Source of the DNA: an uncultured delta proteobacterium
Lineage (GTDB): Bacteria > Myxococcota_A > Polyangia > Polyangiales > Polyangiaceae
DNA length: 64,000 nucleotides
Assembly: GCA_963841435.1 (NCBI GenBank)
Contig: CAWJCS010000004.1
Coordinates: 845,934 to 909,933, forward strand
Direction of reading: 5' to 3'
Every line of letters starts with the position of its first letter. Within the stretch, counting starts at the first letter, position 1. The position numbers were made by a program, and so were the translations under genes. Below the pieces are notes generated by a model. It worked only from the letters and a program-made list of their open reading frames with translations, was not told the origin of the DNA and ran no database searches. Below, piece by piece: positions 1-15,925 of this stretch.

Positions 1-484
1 GGGCGACATGGCCCGAGAGATACCGTTGGTCGTCCTCGTCAATGCCGGCTCCGCATCGGCGTCCGAGATCGTCGCCGCGGCGCTGCAGGATCACAATCGG
101 GCAACGGTGATGGGTGCGCGCACCTTCGGCAAAGGCTCGGTGCAGACGGTCATGCGGCTGCCGATCGAAGGTGCGTTGAAGCTGACGACGGCGCTGTATT
201 ACGCGCCTTCCGGCGAGGCGATCCAGGCGCAGGGAGTGGTTCCCGATATCCAGCTCGTCGGCGCCCCCGCCGCCGAGGACGAATCGCACGAGGCCGACCT
301 TCCGCACGCACTGCCGCCGCAGAGCCAGAACCGCCACGTCTCGCGGGCGACCGTCGAGGTCTCCAAGTGCCCGGAGATCGGCGAGGCCAAGGACCGCGAA
401 CTCGGCTGCGCGCTGTCGTTCCTGCACGCCGGCGGCTCGACCGATCGCTTTCTCGCCGCCCTCGCTCAAAAGGCGAAACTGTAG
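1..484 (+). CDS. ctpA: S41 family C-terminal processing protease, 3' part (truncated by window edge)
   Basis: Motifs [54 protein letters not shown]. Confidence 0.9.
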   Translation, partial: GDMAREIPLVVLVNAGSASASEIVAAALQDHNRATVMGARTFGKGSVQTVMRLPIEGALKLTTALYYAPSGEAIQAQGVVPDIQLVGAPAAEDESHEADLPHALPPQSQNRHVSRATVEVSKCPEIGEAKDRELGCALSFLHAGGSTDRFLAALAQKAKL

Positions 485-499
485 GCGCTCCGCGGGCCT

Positions 500-1331
500 T
501 CAGTAGCCCCACTCGGTGGCTCGCTGACGCAGCGTCGCTTGCGGAACGGCAACGACCGACGCTCGTCGATAGCGGGCGAGCAGGCGATTGTAGGTGCCGT
601 CTTCCTGCATCGCCCGGAACGCCGCCTGCCAGCGCGCCGCTTCGTCGTCGGAAACGTCCTTTGAAGCGGCGAGGTAGATGTCGCTCTGCCGGACGATTTC
701 GCCGAAATTCAGGGCCGCCGTGTCGCCGCCGACGAGCCGCGTGGCGTAGAAAATCATCAGCCGTGGCGCCAACCAGCCGTCGATCAGCCGCTCACGGAGG
801 TCGAGCGCATTCAGCCATTCCTCCGGGCGGGCCACGATGCGGGTGAAGCCACGTTCCTCGAGCAGCCGCTCCGCCCCGCTCGTGCGCAGAACGCCGACCG
901 GCCGGTTTTTCAACGCATCGAGCGTCGAGACATCGACTCCGGTGCCGCCGACGACAACCAGGTCGTCGACGACGATCCGAACCAGCCAGCGGTAATGATC
1001 TTCCCGCTCGGGGCTGCGGGTCAGGGCCAGTATGCCGATGTTCGGCTGCGACATCGCCAGTTGCTGCGCCGCCGTCCAGCCCATGAACTCGATTTGTCCG
1101 GAGTGGCCGATACGTGCGGCCATTTCCCGCACCGTGTCGTAGACCACGCCTTCGGCCCGGCCGCGGGTTTCGCTCACCGCGGTCATCAGCGGCGGCGGGT
1201 CGTGGTAGCAATAGGGCGGCAACTCGGCGGTCACCAGCCGAAGCTCTTCGGCGCGTGGCTGCGGTGCAGCCAGAAGATTGGAGCCAGAAGATGAGGAGGA
1301 GGACGGGGAGCGTGGCCAGGCGGAGACGCAT
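500..1331 (-). CDS. Extracytoplasmic solute-binding protein, family 3 (amino-acid type); frameshift near N-terminus
   Basis: ORF 500-1234 (TAELPPY, LTRSPERE..YRW, IYLAASK, MQEDGTYNRL); signal-peptide-like MRLRLATLPVLLLIFWL from ATG 1331 in another frame. Confidence 0.75.
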
Positions 1332-1342
1332 CGGCGGATTCC

Positions 1343-2728
1343 TCAAAACGAGCCGAAGGTGATTCCGAGCACCATGACGACGACGGTCGCCAACACCGGG
1401 CCGATGACGCTGCAGACCAGGATGTCGAGATACGACTGACGGTGCGTCAGCCCGCAGATGGCGAGCAAGGTGATCACCGCGCCGTTGTGCGGCAGCGAAT
1501 CGAAGCCGCCGGACGACATCGAGGCGACCCGGGCGAGCAGTTCGAGCGATGTCCCGTCGACCCGCGCCTCGCCGATGAACTGTTCGCTCATCGCCTGCAA
1601 CGCGATCGAAAGCCCACCCGACGCGGACCCGGTGATCCCGGCGAGGACATTGACGGCGAGGAAGACGCCGACCACCGGGTTGGTGGCGACCGTTGCCATC
1701 GCATCGCGGACGATGGCGAAGGCCGGCAAGCTGGCGATCACAGACCCATAGCCGACCTCGGACGCCGTGTTGAAGATCGGCAGCATGGCGCCGAACGTGC
1801 CTTTGTTGATGGTTTCCACCACGCTCTTGAGGCGCGACCAGTTGAGCAGCACGCAAACGAGGGAGGCAATCAGCACCGCGCTGACGATCGACCAGATGGT
1901 CAGCACGCCGGAGAGCTTGGTCGCGCCATATCTCGGTTCGGCGAGGAAGCCGGTGTCCATCGCCGGAAACACGACCTTCGAGAAGAGATAATTGAGGCCG
2001 ATGACGAGAAGGATCGGGATGATTGCGACGAAGAACGGCGGCAGCGGGCCGGTTTCGGCCGCCGCTGCCGGCGCCTCGTCGTGGATGCCGTAGCCCTCGC
2101 CCTTCCTGCGCGCCGAGTGCGCCCGCCACTGCAGCCAGAGCATGCCGAGGACGAACATCAAGACGCCGCCGATGGCGCCGAGACCGGGGGCGGCGAACGG
2201 AGTGGTACCGAAGAACGGCCCTGGAATGGCGTTCTGGATGGAGGGGGTGCCGGGCAAGGCCGTCATCGTGAAGGTAAACGCGCCGAGGGCGATGGCGCCC
2301 GGCAAAAGACGCTTCGGCACATCACCCGCTTTGAGCAGTGCGGCGCCGACCGGATAAACGGCAAAGGCCACGACGAACAGGGACACGCCGCCGTAGGTGA
2401 GGACACCGCAGGCGAGCACGATGGCGAGAAGCGCCCTCTCGGCGCCGACATGTTCGGCGATGCGTTCGGCAATGACGCGCGCCGAGCCGGAATCGTCCAT
2501 CACCTTGCCGAAGATCGCGCCAAGCATGAACAACGGGAAGAACTTGGCGAGATATTTGCCGAGTTCGACCATGAAAACCTGCGTGTAGGTGCCGAGCAGC
2601 GGCGTGTCACCGGCGAAAATCACCGCCACGGTCGCACAGATCGGTGCCAGAAACAGGACGTTGATGCCCCTGTAGGCGAGATAGATAAGGAGGGCGAGGG
2701 AAAGGACGATGCCGATAACGCCGAGCAT
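1343..2728 (-). CDS. GntP-family permease (short-chain organic acid/hydroxybutyrate-type)
   Basis: Highly hydrophobic; FPLFMLGAIFGKVMDDSGSA, LTYGGVSLFVV, TALPGTPSIQNAIP, DSLPHNGAVITLL. Confidence 0.85.
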   Translation of the reverse strand: MLGVIGIVLSLALLIYLAYRGINVLFLAPICATVAVIFAGDTPLLGTYTQVFMVELGKYLAKFFPLFMLGAIFGKVMDDSGSARVIAERIAEHVGAERALLAIVLACGVLTYGGVSLFVVAFAVYPVGAALLKAGDVPKRLLPGAIALGAFTFTMTALPGTPSIQNAIPGPFFGTTPFAAPGLGAIGGVLMFVLGMLWLQWRAHSARRKGEGYGIHDEAPAAAAETGPLPPFFVAIIPILLVIGLNYLFSKVVFPAMDTGFLAEPRYGATKLSGVLTIWSIVSAVLIASLVCVLLNWSRLKSVVETINKGTFGAMLPIFNTASEVGYGSVIASLPAFAIVRDAMATVATNPVVGVFLAVNVLAGITGSASGGLSIALQAMSEQFIGEARVDGTSLELLARVASMSSGGFDSLPHNGAVITLLAICGLTHRQSYLDILVCSVIGPVLATVVVMVLGITFGSF

Positions 2729-2856
2729 GATGAGTGCCTCCTGCGCGCTTTTTTTTCCGCGATCGGGTCGGTCCCGCGATCGGGTCGGGACGAACGGTCC
2801 CGTTCGTATTCGGCCTTGATCCAAGCGTAGCAGCGGCAACCCGCAGAGTCTCGCGT

Positions 2857-3422
2857 TCAGGGACGCGGACCCGGCGGCGGGCGCAACAGATCCGAGGTGA
2901 CCTGGCGGACAAGGGCGAGAAAGTGCCGATCGTTCGGCCCGTCGCTTCGGCCGAGGCGGCCGCTCACGTCGGCGAGCAACCGGTCTCCGTCGCAGAACAC
3001 CGCCTGCATGCGAATCCCGCCCGCGACCTCAGGCGAGCCCCCGCCTCGACGTCGCCGCAGCCGGCCCTGCCGCCGCCGTTGAAGACGACGACGATGCGCA
3101 GGCCGCGGCCGACGCTTTCCGCCGGAACGAGAACGAAGCGGGCGTTGCGGTTCCAGGTGATCGCCTCGGCCATCGTTTTGACCACGGTTTCGGCGACACG
3201 CGCCGGCGCCTCGGCGAACGCCCGGCCGGCGACGACGACGGGCAGCGGCATGGCCCCTTGCGCGATCGCCCACGGATCCTCGATGCGGAAGGCGACCGTC
3301 GTGATCGGCACGTCGTCGCAGCCGGCGACGAGCGCAGGCAGGAGGAAGGTCAGCAGGCGGAGAACAGACCGGCCAAGAACGCGCATCGCCGACCTCCGCA
3401 ACCAAATCCGCGGGGCCCGCAT
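2857..3422 (-). CDS. Hypothetical lipoprotein (frameshifted)
   Basis: Lipobox-like LLPALVAGC; C-terminal part continues in the ORF 2857-3405 frame (MQAVFCDGDRLLADVSG). Confidence 0.5.
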
Positions 3423-3443
3423 CGCCAGGCGCCGAGGCCGGCC

Positions 3444-4190
3444 TCAGTAGGTGCGGATGAGGGCGACGAGACGGCCCTGAACCTTGACCTGCTCGGGGCC
3501 GCAGATGCGGGTCTCGTACTTGGGGTTGGCGGGTTCGAGGGCAATCGAGTTGCCGCGCCGGCGCAGACGCTTCAGCGTCACCTCCTCGTTGTCGACGAGG
3601 GCGACGACGATCGCGCCGTTATCGGCATTGTCGGTGCGCTCGATGATCACCGTATCGCCGTCGAAGATTCCGGCCTCGATCATCGAATCGCCTTCGACCT
3701 CGAGCGCGTAGTGCTCGTTGCGGGAGATCAGCTCCTGCGAGACATCGATACTCCTCGACTGGTCGCGCAGCGCCGTGATCGGCGTTCCGGCGGCGATCTT
3801 CCCGTACAGCGGCAAGGTGACGATGCCCCGCGGCGGCGCCGCTTCCGGTTCCGGCTCGGGCGAGCGGAAATCGTGGCGGATGACGTTCGACGGCAGCCGT
3901 TCCGAGGGCGGGAGAGCCCGGATGCCGCGGTTGCGGCAGAGGCCGGGCCTGTTGCCGGTTCGCTGCCGCCGATGTTGCTCGGCATGCGAATGATTTCGAG
4001 CGCGCGCGCCCGATGCGGCAGGCGGCGGATGAACCCCCGTTCCTCAAGGCCGGTGATCAGCCGATGGATTCCCGACTTTGAGCGCAGCCCGAGCGCCTCC
4101 TTCATCTCGTCGAAGGAGGGTGGCACCCCAGCCTCCTGCAGAGCGCCGACTGATGAACATCAAGAGCTCATGCTGTTTGCGTGTGAGCAT
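3444..4190 (-). CDS. lexA: SOS transcriptional repressor LexA (frameshifted)
   Basis: MLTRKQ start; [44 protein letters not shown]24 domain [23 protein letters not shown]. Confidence 0.95.
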
Positions 4191-4275
4191 CGACCTCTCC
4201 TACCAACCCTGTAATTCCCCGTGGGCCACGCACCGGTTGAGTCCGGTCGCGCCGAGTTCCTTTGCGCAGAATTTA

Positions 4276-4315
4276 GAACAAAAACCAAACCGGGCGCAAT
4301 GTTCTATTTTGGTTC
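4276..4315. promoter_or_regulatory. LexA (SOS) operator(s) upstream of lexA
   Basis: GTTC-TATTTTG-GTTC at 4301-4315 matches the alphaproteobacterial GTTC-N7-GTTC box; degenerate GAAC-N7-AAAC at 4276-4290. Confidence 0.85.
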
Positions 4316-4422
4316 CGCAAATGCGTAAGAAAAAATCAGCGGATTTCCGGCCGCTCCGCCTCGGAAAATCACCGGACAGGTGCAGGAGGCGATGAATTCC
4401 GCAGCCGGGTCGGCGCGGGCGA

Positions 4423-5644
4423 TCAGCCGAGAAGCAGAATCGGCACGGTTTCGCCGGCGGCGGCGGCGGGGGCCGAGGGCGGGCGGACGATCAGGGCGTC
4501 GGCCGCGGCGTAGAGGCGGAGCAGGGCGCTGTCCTGGCGCAAGAACGGTGCGGCCAGCGGCAATCGGCCGGGACGTGGCGTCAGGGTCGCGCGCAGGTAG
4601 TCCTCGCGGGCATCGTTGGCGGCGAGGTTTTCGGCGAGTTCGGCCGGGTGTTCGATCAGGCGGGCCGCCTCGGCCGGTTCCCAAGGCCGAGGAGGGCGGC
4701 GATCAGCGGGACGAGGAAGAGCCGCGCGGTGACGCCGGCGGAAACCGGATTGCCCGGCAGCACGAGCACCGGCATCGCCGGGAGGGCCTGGGTCAGATGG
4801 CCGAAGCCGAGCGGTTTGCCGGGGCGCATCGCTACCCGGTTGAACGCCGGCCGGAAGCCGGCGTCGTTGAGGACGCCCCGAACCAGGTCGTAGTCGCCGA
4901 CCGAGGCGCCACCGATGGTGACGAGCGCATCGGCGCCGGCGGCCTCCGCCAGGGCGCGCGGCGATGGCGTCGCGATCGTCGCCGACTACACCGAGGTCAA
5001 TGGGCAGGCCGCCGGCCCGACGGACCTCTCCCGCGAGGAGGAGCGAGTTGGCGTTGACCAGCCGGCCGGTGCCGTCGGCCTCGCCCGGCAGAGCCAGTTC
5101 GTCGCCGGTGGCGAGGATGGCGATGCGGGGCCGGCGCCGGACTTTCAGCCAGACCGCACCGGCGGCGGCGGCGAGGGCGACGCCGCGGGCATCGAGGCGC
5201 CGGCCGGCGGCGAGCAGACTTTCGCCGGCCCGAAAATCGCCGGCCGCCGGGCGAACGAAGCGACCGGGCGGCGGCGCCGCGCGGATGGTCACCCAGCCCT
5301 CGGCCGCCTCGGTCTCCTCCTGGATGACGATGGTATCGGCATCCGCCGGCAGCGCCGCGCCGGTAAAGATGCGCATCGCCTCGCCCGAGCCCACGGCGGG
5401 GGTCTCGCCGCCGCCGGCCTGGGCAACGCCGACGACGCGCAGCCGGGTCGGCAGAGATCGCCACATCCGGGCCGCGCACGGCATAGCCGTCCATCGCCGA
5501 GACCGCCGCCGCCGGCTGGTCACGGCGGGCGACGACATCATCGGCAAGGACGCGATCGAAGGCATCGCCGAGGCCGACCAGTTCTCCCGGCAACGGCTTC
5601 ACCCCGGCAACGACCAGGCGCCGCGCCGTCCGCACATCGATCAA
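4423..5644 (-). CDS. moeA: Molybdopterin molybdotransferase MoeA (frameshifted)
   Basis: SAMDGYAVR, AMRIFTGA.LP..ADTIVIQE, RPRIAILATGDEL, QDSALL.L..ADALIVRP. Confidence 0.9.
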
Positions 5645-6121
5645 GGTTCGCCCCGGAAGCTGCCTGAGCGGCCGCCCGCCTTCTCCAGCAGACGCAGATC
5701 GGTGATCCGCATGTCGCGGTCGAGCGCCTTGCACATGTCGTAGAGGGTCAGTGCCGCCACCGCCGCCGCGGTCAGCGCCTCCATCTCGACCCCGGTGCGG
5801 CCGGCGACCCGGCATGTGGTCCGGACATGAATGGCGGGACCGGCCGGATCAAGTTCGAAGCCACCGAGATGTCGGTCAGCGCCAGCGGGATGGCAGAGCG
5901 GGATCAGCTCATGCGTGCGCTTCGCCGCCAGAATGCCGGCGATGCGGGCGGTGGCGAAGATGTCGCCCTTCGCGGTTTCGCCACCGGCGATCGCCCGGAA
6001 GGTCGGCTCGGCCATCACCAGTGAGGCGCCGGCGACGGCATGGCGGTCGCTGATCGCTCTTCGCCGAGACATCGACCATCCGTACCCGGCCGGCCGCGTC
6101 AACGTGGGTAAAGCCGCTCAT
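5641..6121 (-). CDS. moaC: Cyclic pyranopterin monophosphate synthase MoaC (frameshifted)
   Basis: FTHVDAAGRVRMVDVSAK, KGD..ATARIAGI.AAKRTHELIPLCHP, TGVEMEALTA, LTLYDMCKA. Confidence 0.95.
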
Positions 6122-6858
6122 TCGGCCGACGCAGCACTCGCCTCGGCCGGTTCCCATCCCTGTCCGGTGTAGAGCTGCAGCGGCTGGAACCTGGTCTTGT
6201 AGGCCATTTTCGTCGTCTCGGCGATCCAGAAGCCGAGGTAGACGTAGCCGAGCGGTATCGCCCGCGTCTTCTTGATCAGCTCGAGAATAAGGAACGTCCC
6301 GAGGCTGCGCCGCGGCTGATCCGCGGCAAAGAAGCTGTAGACGGCGGACAGGCCGTCGCAGACGACGTCGAAGATGGCGCAGGCGACCAGCTTTCCGCAG
6401 CGATCGCGGGCTTCGAGGACGCCGGTGCGCACCGGGGTCTGCTCGATCAGCGACTGGTAATCGGGGAACGCCATCTTTGCCATCTCGCCCTGGTCGTGAC
6501 GGATGTTCTGATAGGTGATGAACAGCCGGTACTGCTCCTTTGTCGCGATCGCCGCGCGTTCGCTGATGACGAGATCGGCGTTGCGGGCGAGCACCCGGCG
6601 GTGTCCGCGGCCCGGCCGGAAACGGACGGCGTCGACGCGGACCGGGACGCAGGCCTGACAGCCATGGCAGATCGGCGCGTAGGCCAACGTGTGACTGCGC
6701 CGGAAGCCGGCTTGCGACAGGGCATCGTGGATGGCGACGGCGTCGCGGCGCGAGAGATCGGTCACCAGCCGTCGTTCATGCCGGTCCGGCAGATAGGGGC
6801 ACGGCTGCGGCGAGGTCGCGAAAAAGGCGAGCGGGGCAGGGGCGAGCAGAGAGTTCAT
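6118..6858 (-). CDS. bpt: Arginyl-tRNA-protein transferase-like (Asp/Glu leucyltransferase Bpt family)
   Basis: PCPYLPDRHER, GFRRSH..AY.P.C..C.AC, GLSAVYSFF, SLGTFLIL, YVYLGFWI....KMAYK. Confidence 0.85.
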   Translation of the reverse strand: MNSLLAPAPLAFFATSPQPCPYLPDRHERRLVTDLSRRDAVAIHDALSQAGFRRSHTLAYAPICHGCQACVPVRVDAVRFRPGRGHRRVLARNADLVISERAAIATKEQYRLFITYQNIRHDQGEMAKMAFPDYQSLIEQTPVRTGVLEARDRCGKLVACAIFDVVCDGLSAVYSFFAADQPRRSLGTFLILELIKKTRAIPLGYVYLGFWIAETTKMAYKTRFQPLQLYTGQGWEPAEASAASAE

Positions 6859-6955
6859 GCGGCGCGCTCTGGATTCCCTCCACGTCTCGGGCCCGCGCGG
6901 GCAAGGGAAGCGACGCAGCCCGACCGCCTCTAGAAGTGATCGAACCTTACGCATG

Positions 6956-7862
6956 CTAACTCACCCCGGTTCCGCGCAGAAGCGTAATCGACAAGCCGGC
7001 GATTGCCCGGCGCCTCGGGAGCGTCGGGGAACAAGCGGCACCGTCGCCGCGCGGCCGATCGACCTTGTCGACGCGGGCGTCCGCGAGCCCCATCTCGACC
7101 AGCGCCCGGCGGGCGGCGTTCGCCCGATCGGACGACAGTTCCCAGTTGCCGTAGCCCGGACAGGTTGGCGAACGGCTTGGCGTCGGTATGGCCGGCGACC
7201 TCGATGTGCTGCGGCATCGTCCGGATCGCATTGGCGACGAGTTCGAGGATCTTGCGCGTGTACTGGTACATGACCGCCTCGCCGCTCGGAAACATCGGCA
7301 GCCCGTCCTGATCGACGATCTGGATCCGCAGCCCCTCCGGCGTCTCTTCGATGATCAGGCTCTTGGCCAGGGCCTTCAGTTCGGGGTTGCTTTCGAGCCC
7401 CTTGCGAATGGCGTTCTCGACCTCGGCGAACTGGGCGCGATCGGAGACGGCCGGCCGCTGCCGGGCCGCCGTACGGGCGACCGGCCCCGGCGCCGCTCGC
7501 GTCCGCGCGCGTCGTCGTCGGCGGCACCGGCGTTCGATCCGCCTCCGTCGTCCGCTGCCCGGGCGCGAATGGCGATGTGCGGCCGACGGATCGCGGCTGT
7601 CGAACACGCCCTTGGCGGCGACGACGTTGCCGGCGAGGAGACCGCCGCCACCGCTCGTCGTCGTGTGCTTGTTGATCGGCGCGAAATAGTCGGAAATGCC
7701 TTCCAGCTGCTCCTGGCTGACCGCGTTCAGAAGCCAGAGCAAGAGGAAGAACGCCATCATCGCGGTGACGAAGTCGGCATAGGCGACCTTCCAGGCTCCG
7801 CCGTGATGGCCGCCGCCGTGTCCCTTGCCGTTCCGCCGCCGATGGGGCCCGCCACCCGTCAT
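6956..7862 (-). CDS. motB: Flagellar stator protein MotB (frameshifted)
   Basis: HHGGAWKVAYADFVTAMMAFFLLLWL; OmpA-like GHTDAKPF, NWELSSDRANAARRAL. Confidence 0.92.
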
Positions 7863-7885
7863 ATCGTCGGCCTCAGACCTGGATC

Positions 7886-8732
7886 GTGCTCAGCTTCTCG
7901 TCGAGCTCGACGAACGTCGGTCTGCAGCTTGGTTGCGATCGTCTTCCGCGCGAACTCGACCGAGATCTGCGGAGCGTAGCCCTGGGTGTGGGCGACGAGC
8001 GCCGTCTTCGTTGCCTCCAGAACGTGTTCGTCGGCGCCGAGCCGGGCCTCGAGCGCCTTGCCGATCGGTGCGACGAATCCGTACGCGGCGAGCACGCCCG
8101 AGAACGTGCCGACAAGGGCGGCGCCGATGAGATGGCCGAGGACCTCGGGCGGCTCGGTGATCGCGCCCATCGTGTGGATGACGCCGAGCACGGCGGCGAC
8201 GATCCCGAGCGCCGGCAGACCGTCGGCGGCGGTGGACGACGACACCGGAGACGGCGCCGTGGTGGTGGCGGTGCGCGTCGATCTCGGCGTCCATGATCGC
8301 CTCGAGCTCATAGGGATTGTGCGAGCCGAGGGTGAGCAGGCGAAGATTGTCGCAGATGAACTCCATCAGCACGCCACGCCTGGCGATCTCCCCATAGGCC
8401 TGGAAGATCGCGCTTTCGGCAGGCTTCTCGATGTGCGCTTCGAGAGCGATGTCGCCCTTGCTCTTCGCCACCTTGAACAGCGAATAAAGCGTCGAGAGGA
8501 GATCGACGTAGGTGGCCTTGCTGGCGGCGCCGCCCTTGACGATCAGCGGCAGCGACGCCAGCAGCGATTTCAGCACCGGCGCCGGCGTGCCGGTGATCAT
8601 GCCGCCCAGCATCGCGCCGAAGATGATCAGAAACTCGAACGGCTGCCAGAGAACGGCGATGTGGCCGCCGCCTGCGAGGAAGCCGCCGGCGACACAGCCG
8701 AGAACGACGATGATACCGATCAGAACGAGCAT
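7886..8732 (-). CDS. motA: Flagellar stator protein MotA (frameshifted)
   Basis: GGHIAVLWQPFEFLIIFGA; ADGLPALGIVAAVLGVIHTMG; IGAALVGTFSG...AYGFVAP; GYAPQISVEFARK. Confidence 0.92.
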
Positions 8733-9013
8733 GTCTGCCTATGCGCCGGAGCCCGGAACCGCGTGGTCCCGGCCGCCGGGCGCGACCGGTTGCGGCCGAA
8801 CTTGCCGGCCGCGCCCTCGTGTTTAGGGCAGATCGGCTTTGTGATTGGTTAACCGGTGCGCGAAGACCGCATAGGCAAGGCAGTTCCGGCACCGGTGAGC
8901 GACGCTGCGCCACCGGGGTCGCGAGCGGTCGGGGGCGGTCGGGCCGCGGCGCTTGTGTTTCAGAATTCCTCGCAATAGCATCGGAGCATACGGCGCCGCC
9001 GGGGGCGTCGGCG

Positions 9014-9052
9014 AAGGCGCAAAGCCATCGGGACAAGGCGCAAAGCCATCGG
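9014..9052. repeat. 18-bp direct repeat, two copies with 21-bp period, upstream of pdhA
   Basis: AAGGCGCAAAGCCATCGG at 9014-9031 and 9035-9052. Confidence 0.85.
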
Positions 9053-9085
9053 TTTTCTGTGCTTCCCAGCTGAGGAGATGATGCG

Positions 9086-10118
9086 GTGACGGATGCAAAG
9101 TCCGCGAAGGCAGCCGACAATCGCGCAACGCCCGCGGCGGGCACGGCACCGGCGTACGATCGCGACGAACTGCTCGGTTACTACCGGCAGATGCTGCTGA
9201 TCCGCCGGTTCGAGGAAAAGGCCGGCCAGCTCTATGGCATGGGTCTGATCGCCGGCTTCTGCCATCTCTACATCGGCCAGGAGGCGGTGGTCGTCGGCCT
9301 GCAGGCCAATGCGACCGAGGCCGATTCCGTCATCACCACCTACCGCGATCACGGCCACATGCTCGCCACCGGCATGGATGCCGAAGGGCGTCATGGCGGA
9401 ACTGACCGGGCGCATCGACGGCTATTCGAAGGGCAAGGGCGGCTCGATGCACATGTTCAGCCGCGAGAAGAAGTTCTACGGCGGCCATGGCATCGTCGGC
9501 GCCTCGGTGCCGCTCGGCGCCGGACTCGCCTTCGCCCACAAGTATCGCGAGGACGGCGGGATCAACTTCTGCTACTTCGGCGACGGCGCCGCCAACCAGG
9601 GCCAGGTCTACGAAGCCTTCAACATGGCCTCGTTGTGGAAGCTGCCGGTGATCTTCGTCATCGAGAACAACCGCTACGGCATGGGGACGTCGATCCAGCG
9701 AGCCTCGGCCTCGACCGAATTCTATCGGCGCGGCGAGGCGTTCGGCATCCCGGGCGTCATGGTCGACGGCATGAACGTGCTGGAGGTGAAGAAGGCCGGC
9801 GCCGAGGTCGTCGCCCATGTCCGCGGCGGCAAGGGCCCATACGTCATGGAGCTGAGCACCTACCGCTATCGCGGCCACTCGATGTCGGATCCGGCCAAGT
9901 ACCGGACCAAGGAAGAGGTCTCGACGATGCGCAAGGAGCACGATCCGATCGATCGTCTCCGCCAGTTCATGCTGGACGAAGGGCTGGCCGACGATGCGGC
10001 GTTCAAGGAGATGGACCGGCAGACCAAGGACATCATCAACGAGGCGGCGGAATTCGCGCAGAAGAGCCCCGAGCCCGATCCGTCGGAGCTGTGGACGGAT
10101 GTCCTGATCGAAGCCTAG
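9086..10118 (+). CDS. pdhA: Pyruvate dehydrogenase E1 alpha (frameshifted)
   Basis: MLLIRRFEEKAGQLYGMGLIAGFCHLYIGQEA; GKGGSMH; GDGAANQGQVYE; YRYRGHSMSDP. Confidence 0.96.
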
Positions 10119-10164
10119 TCGCCGAAAAGTAAAGTCGCGGGTCGTCGCTGAGGGAGGATGCCTG

Positions 10165-11546
<1,382 letters not shown>

Positions 11547-11563
11547 ACGAGGGAGCGGATCCC

Positions 11564-14367
<2,804 letters not shown>

Positions 14368-14436
14368 CGCCGGCCGGGCACACGCGGCGGCGCGCCAGGC
14401 CGACGCCGCGGGAACAGCGGCATTGATGTCGCCGCG

Positions 14437-15406
14437 ATGGGGAGCCACATCCAGACCATGCCCGACAGCGCCCCCCTGAGACACCCCGAGAAGGCCGGCC
14501 GCCCCGACCAGCCGTCGCCGCGCAAGCCCGACTGGATCCGCGTCCGGGTGCCGGCGTCGTCGGCCGGCTACGGCGAGACGCGGGCGGTGTTGCGGACGCA
14601 CGGCCTGCACACCGTCTGCGAGGAGGCGGCGTGCCCGAACATCGGCGAATGCTGGGCGCGCAAGCACGCGACCGTACATGATCCTCGGCGCCATCTGCAC
14701 CCGGGCGTGCGCCTTCTGCAACGTCGCCACCGGCAGGCCGGGGCCCGTCGATGCGATGGAGCCGGAGCGGCTGGCGCGGTCGGTCGGCGAGCTCGGGCCT
14801 GAAGCACGTGGTGATCACCTCGGTCGATCGCGACGACCTCGCCGACGGCGGCGCGGCCCAGTTCGTCGCGCTGCATCGAGCGGATCCGCGAGCTCTCGCC
14901 CGGCACCACGATCGAGGTGCTGACGCCCGACTTCCGCGGCAAGGACGGCGCGGCCGAGCAGGTCTTCGCGGCCGCGCCCGACGTCTTCAACCACAACCTG
15001 GAGACGGTGCCGCGGCTCTATCCCGGCATCCGCCCGGGCGCCCGCTACTACCTGTCGCTGAAGCTGCTGGATAAGGCGAAGGAGGCGAACCCGGCGCTGT
15101 TCACCAAGTCCGGGATCATGGTCGGCCTCGGCGAGGAGCGGGCGGAGGTGCTGGCGGTGATGGACGACCTGCGCGCGGCCGGCGTCGATTTCCTCACCAT
15201 CGGCCAGTACCTGCAGCCGACGCCGAAGCACGCCGCCGTCGCCCGCTTCGTGCCGCCGGACGAGTTCGCCGAATTCAAGCGAGTGGCGCTGGCGAAGGGC
15301 TTCCTGGTGGTGGCGTCGACGCCCTTGACCCGATCCTCCTACCACGCCGATCGCGACTTCGCCGCAGCTCAGGGCGGCGCGCGTCGCCGGCGTCGCGGCC
15401 GGCTGA
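14437..15406 (+). CDS. lipA: Lipoyl synthase (frameshifted)
   Basis: [59 protein letters not shown]. Confidence 0.96.
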
Positions 15407-15411
15407 GGGCG

Positions 15412-15911
15412 ATGCCGACCCATGCGGAAATGCGCCGCCTGCCGTACAGCCGCGAGCAGATGTTCGATCTGGTCGCCGATGTCGAGCGGTATCCCGAGTT
15501 CCTGCCGTGGTGCGCCGCCTGCCGGATCAAGCGGCGGGAATCGCCGTCCGCCTTCACCGCCGACCTGATCATCGGCTTCAAGATGTTCCGCGAGCGCTTC
15601 ACCTCGCGGGTCGGCCTCGACCGGCCGCAGAGCGGATCGACGTGTCCTATCAGGACGGCCCGTTCCGCTATCTCAACAACCACTGGCGGTTCGAGGAGGC
15701 CGACGACGGCGGCTGCACCATCGACTTCTACATCGACTTCGAGTTCAAGTCGAAAACCCTGCAGAAGATGATCGGCACCCTGTTCAACGAGGCGGTGCAG
15801 CGGATGGTCAACGCCTTCGAGAACCGGGCGATCGCCCTTTACGATGCGGACGCTTCGCCGCGCCGCCGCCGGCCGGTGCCGGCGAAACCGGGCGCCCCGC
15901 GGCTGTCCTGA
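15412..15911 (+). CDS. RatA/COQ10-like START-domain protein (frameshifted)
   Basis: [40 protein letters not shown]. Confidence 0.9.
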
Positions 15912-15925
15912 GGCGGGCACGCGCC

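Noticed and set aside
6956-8732. Zorya ZorAB defence system
   Set aside because: Canonical MotA length without a long ZorA tail; no zorC/D/E neighbours
15412-15911. RatA as an active toxin-antitoxin system
   Set aside because: COQ10-like START protein in its usual lipA-adjacent position with no partner gene
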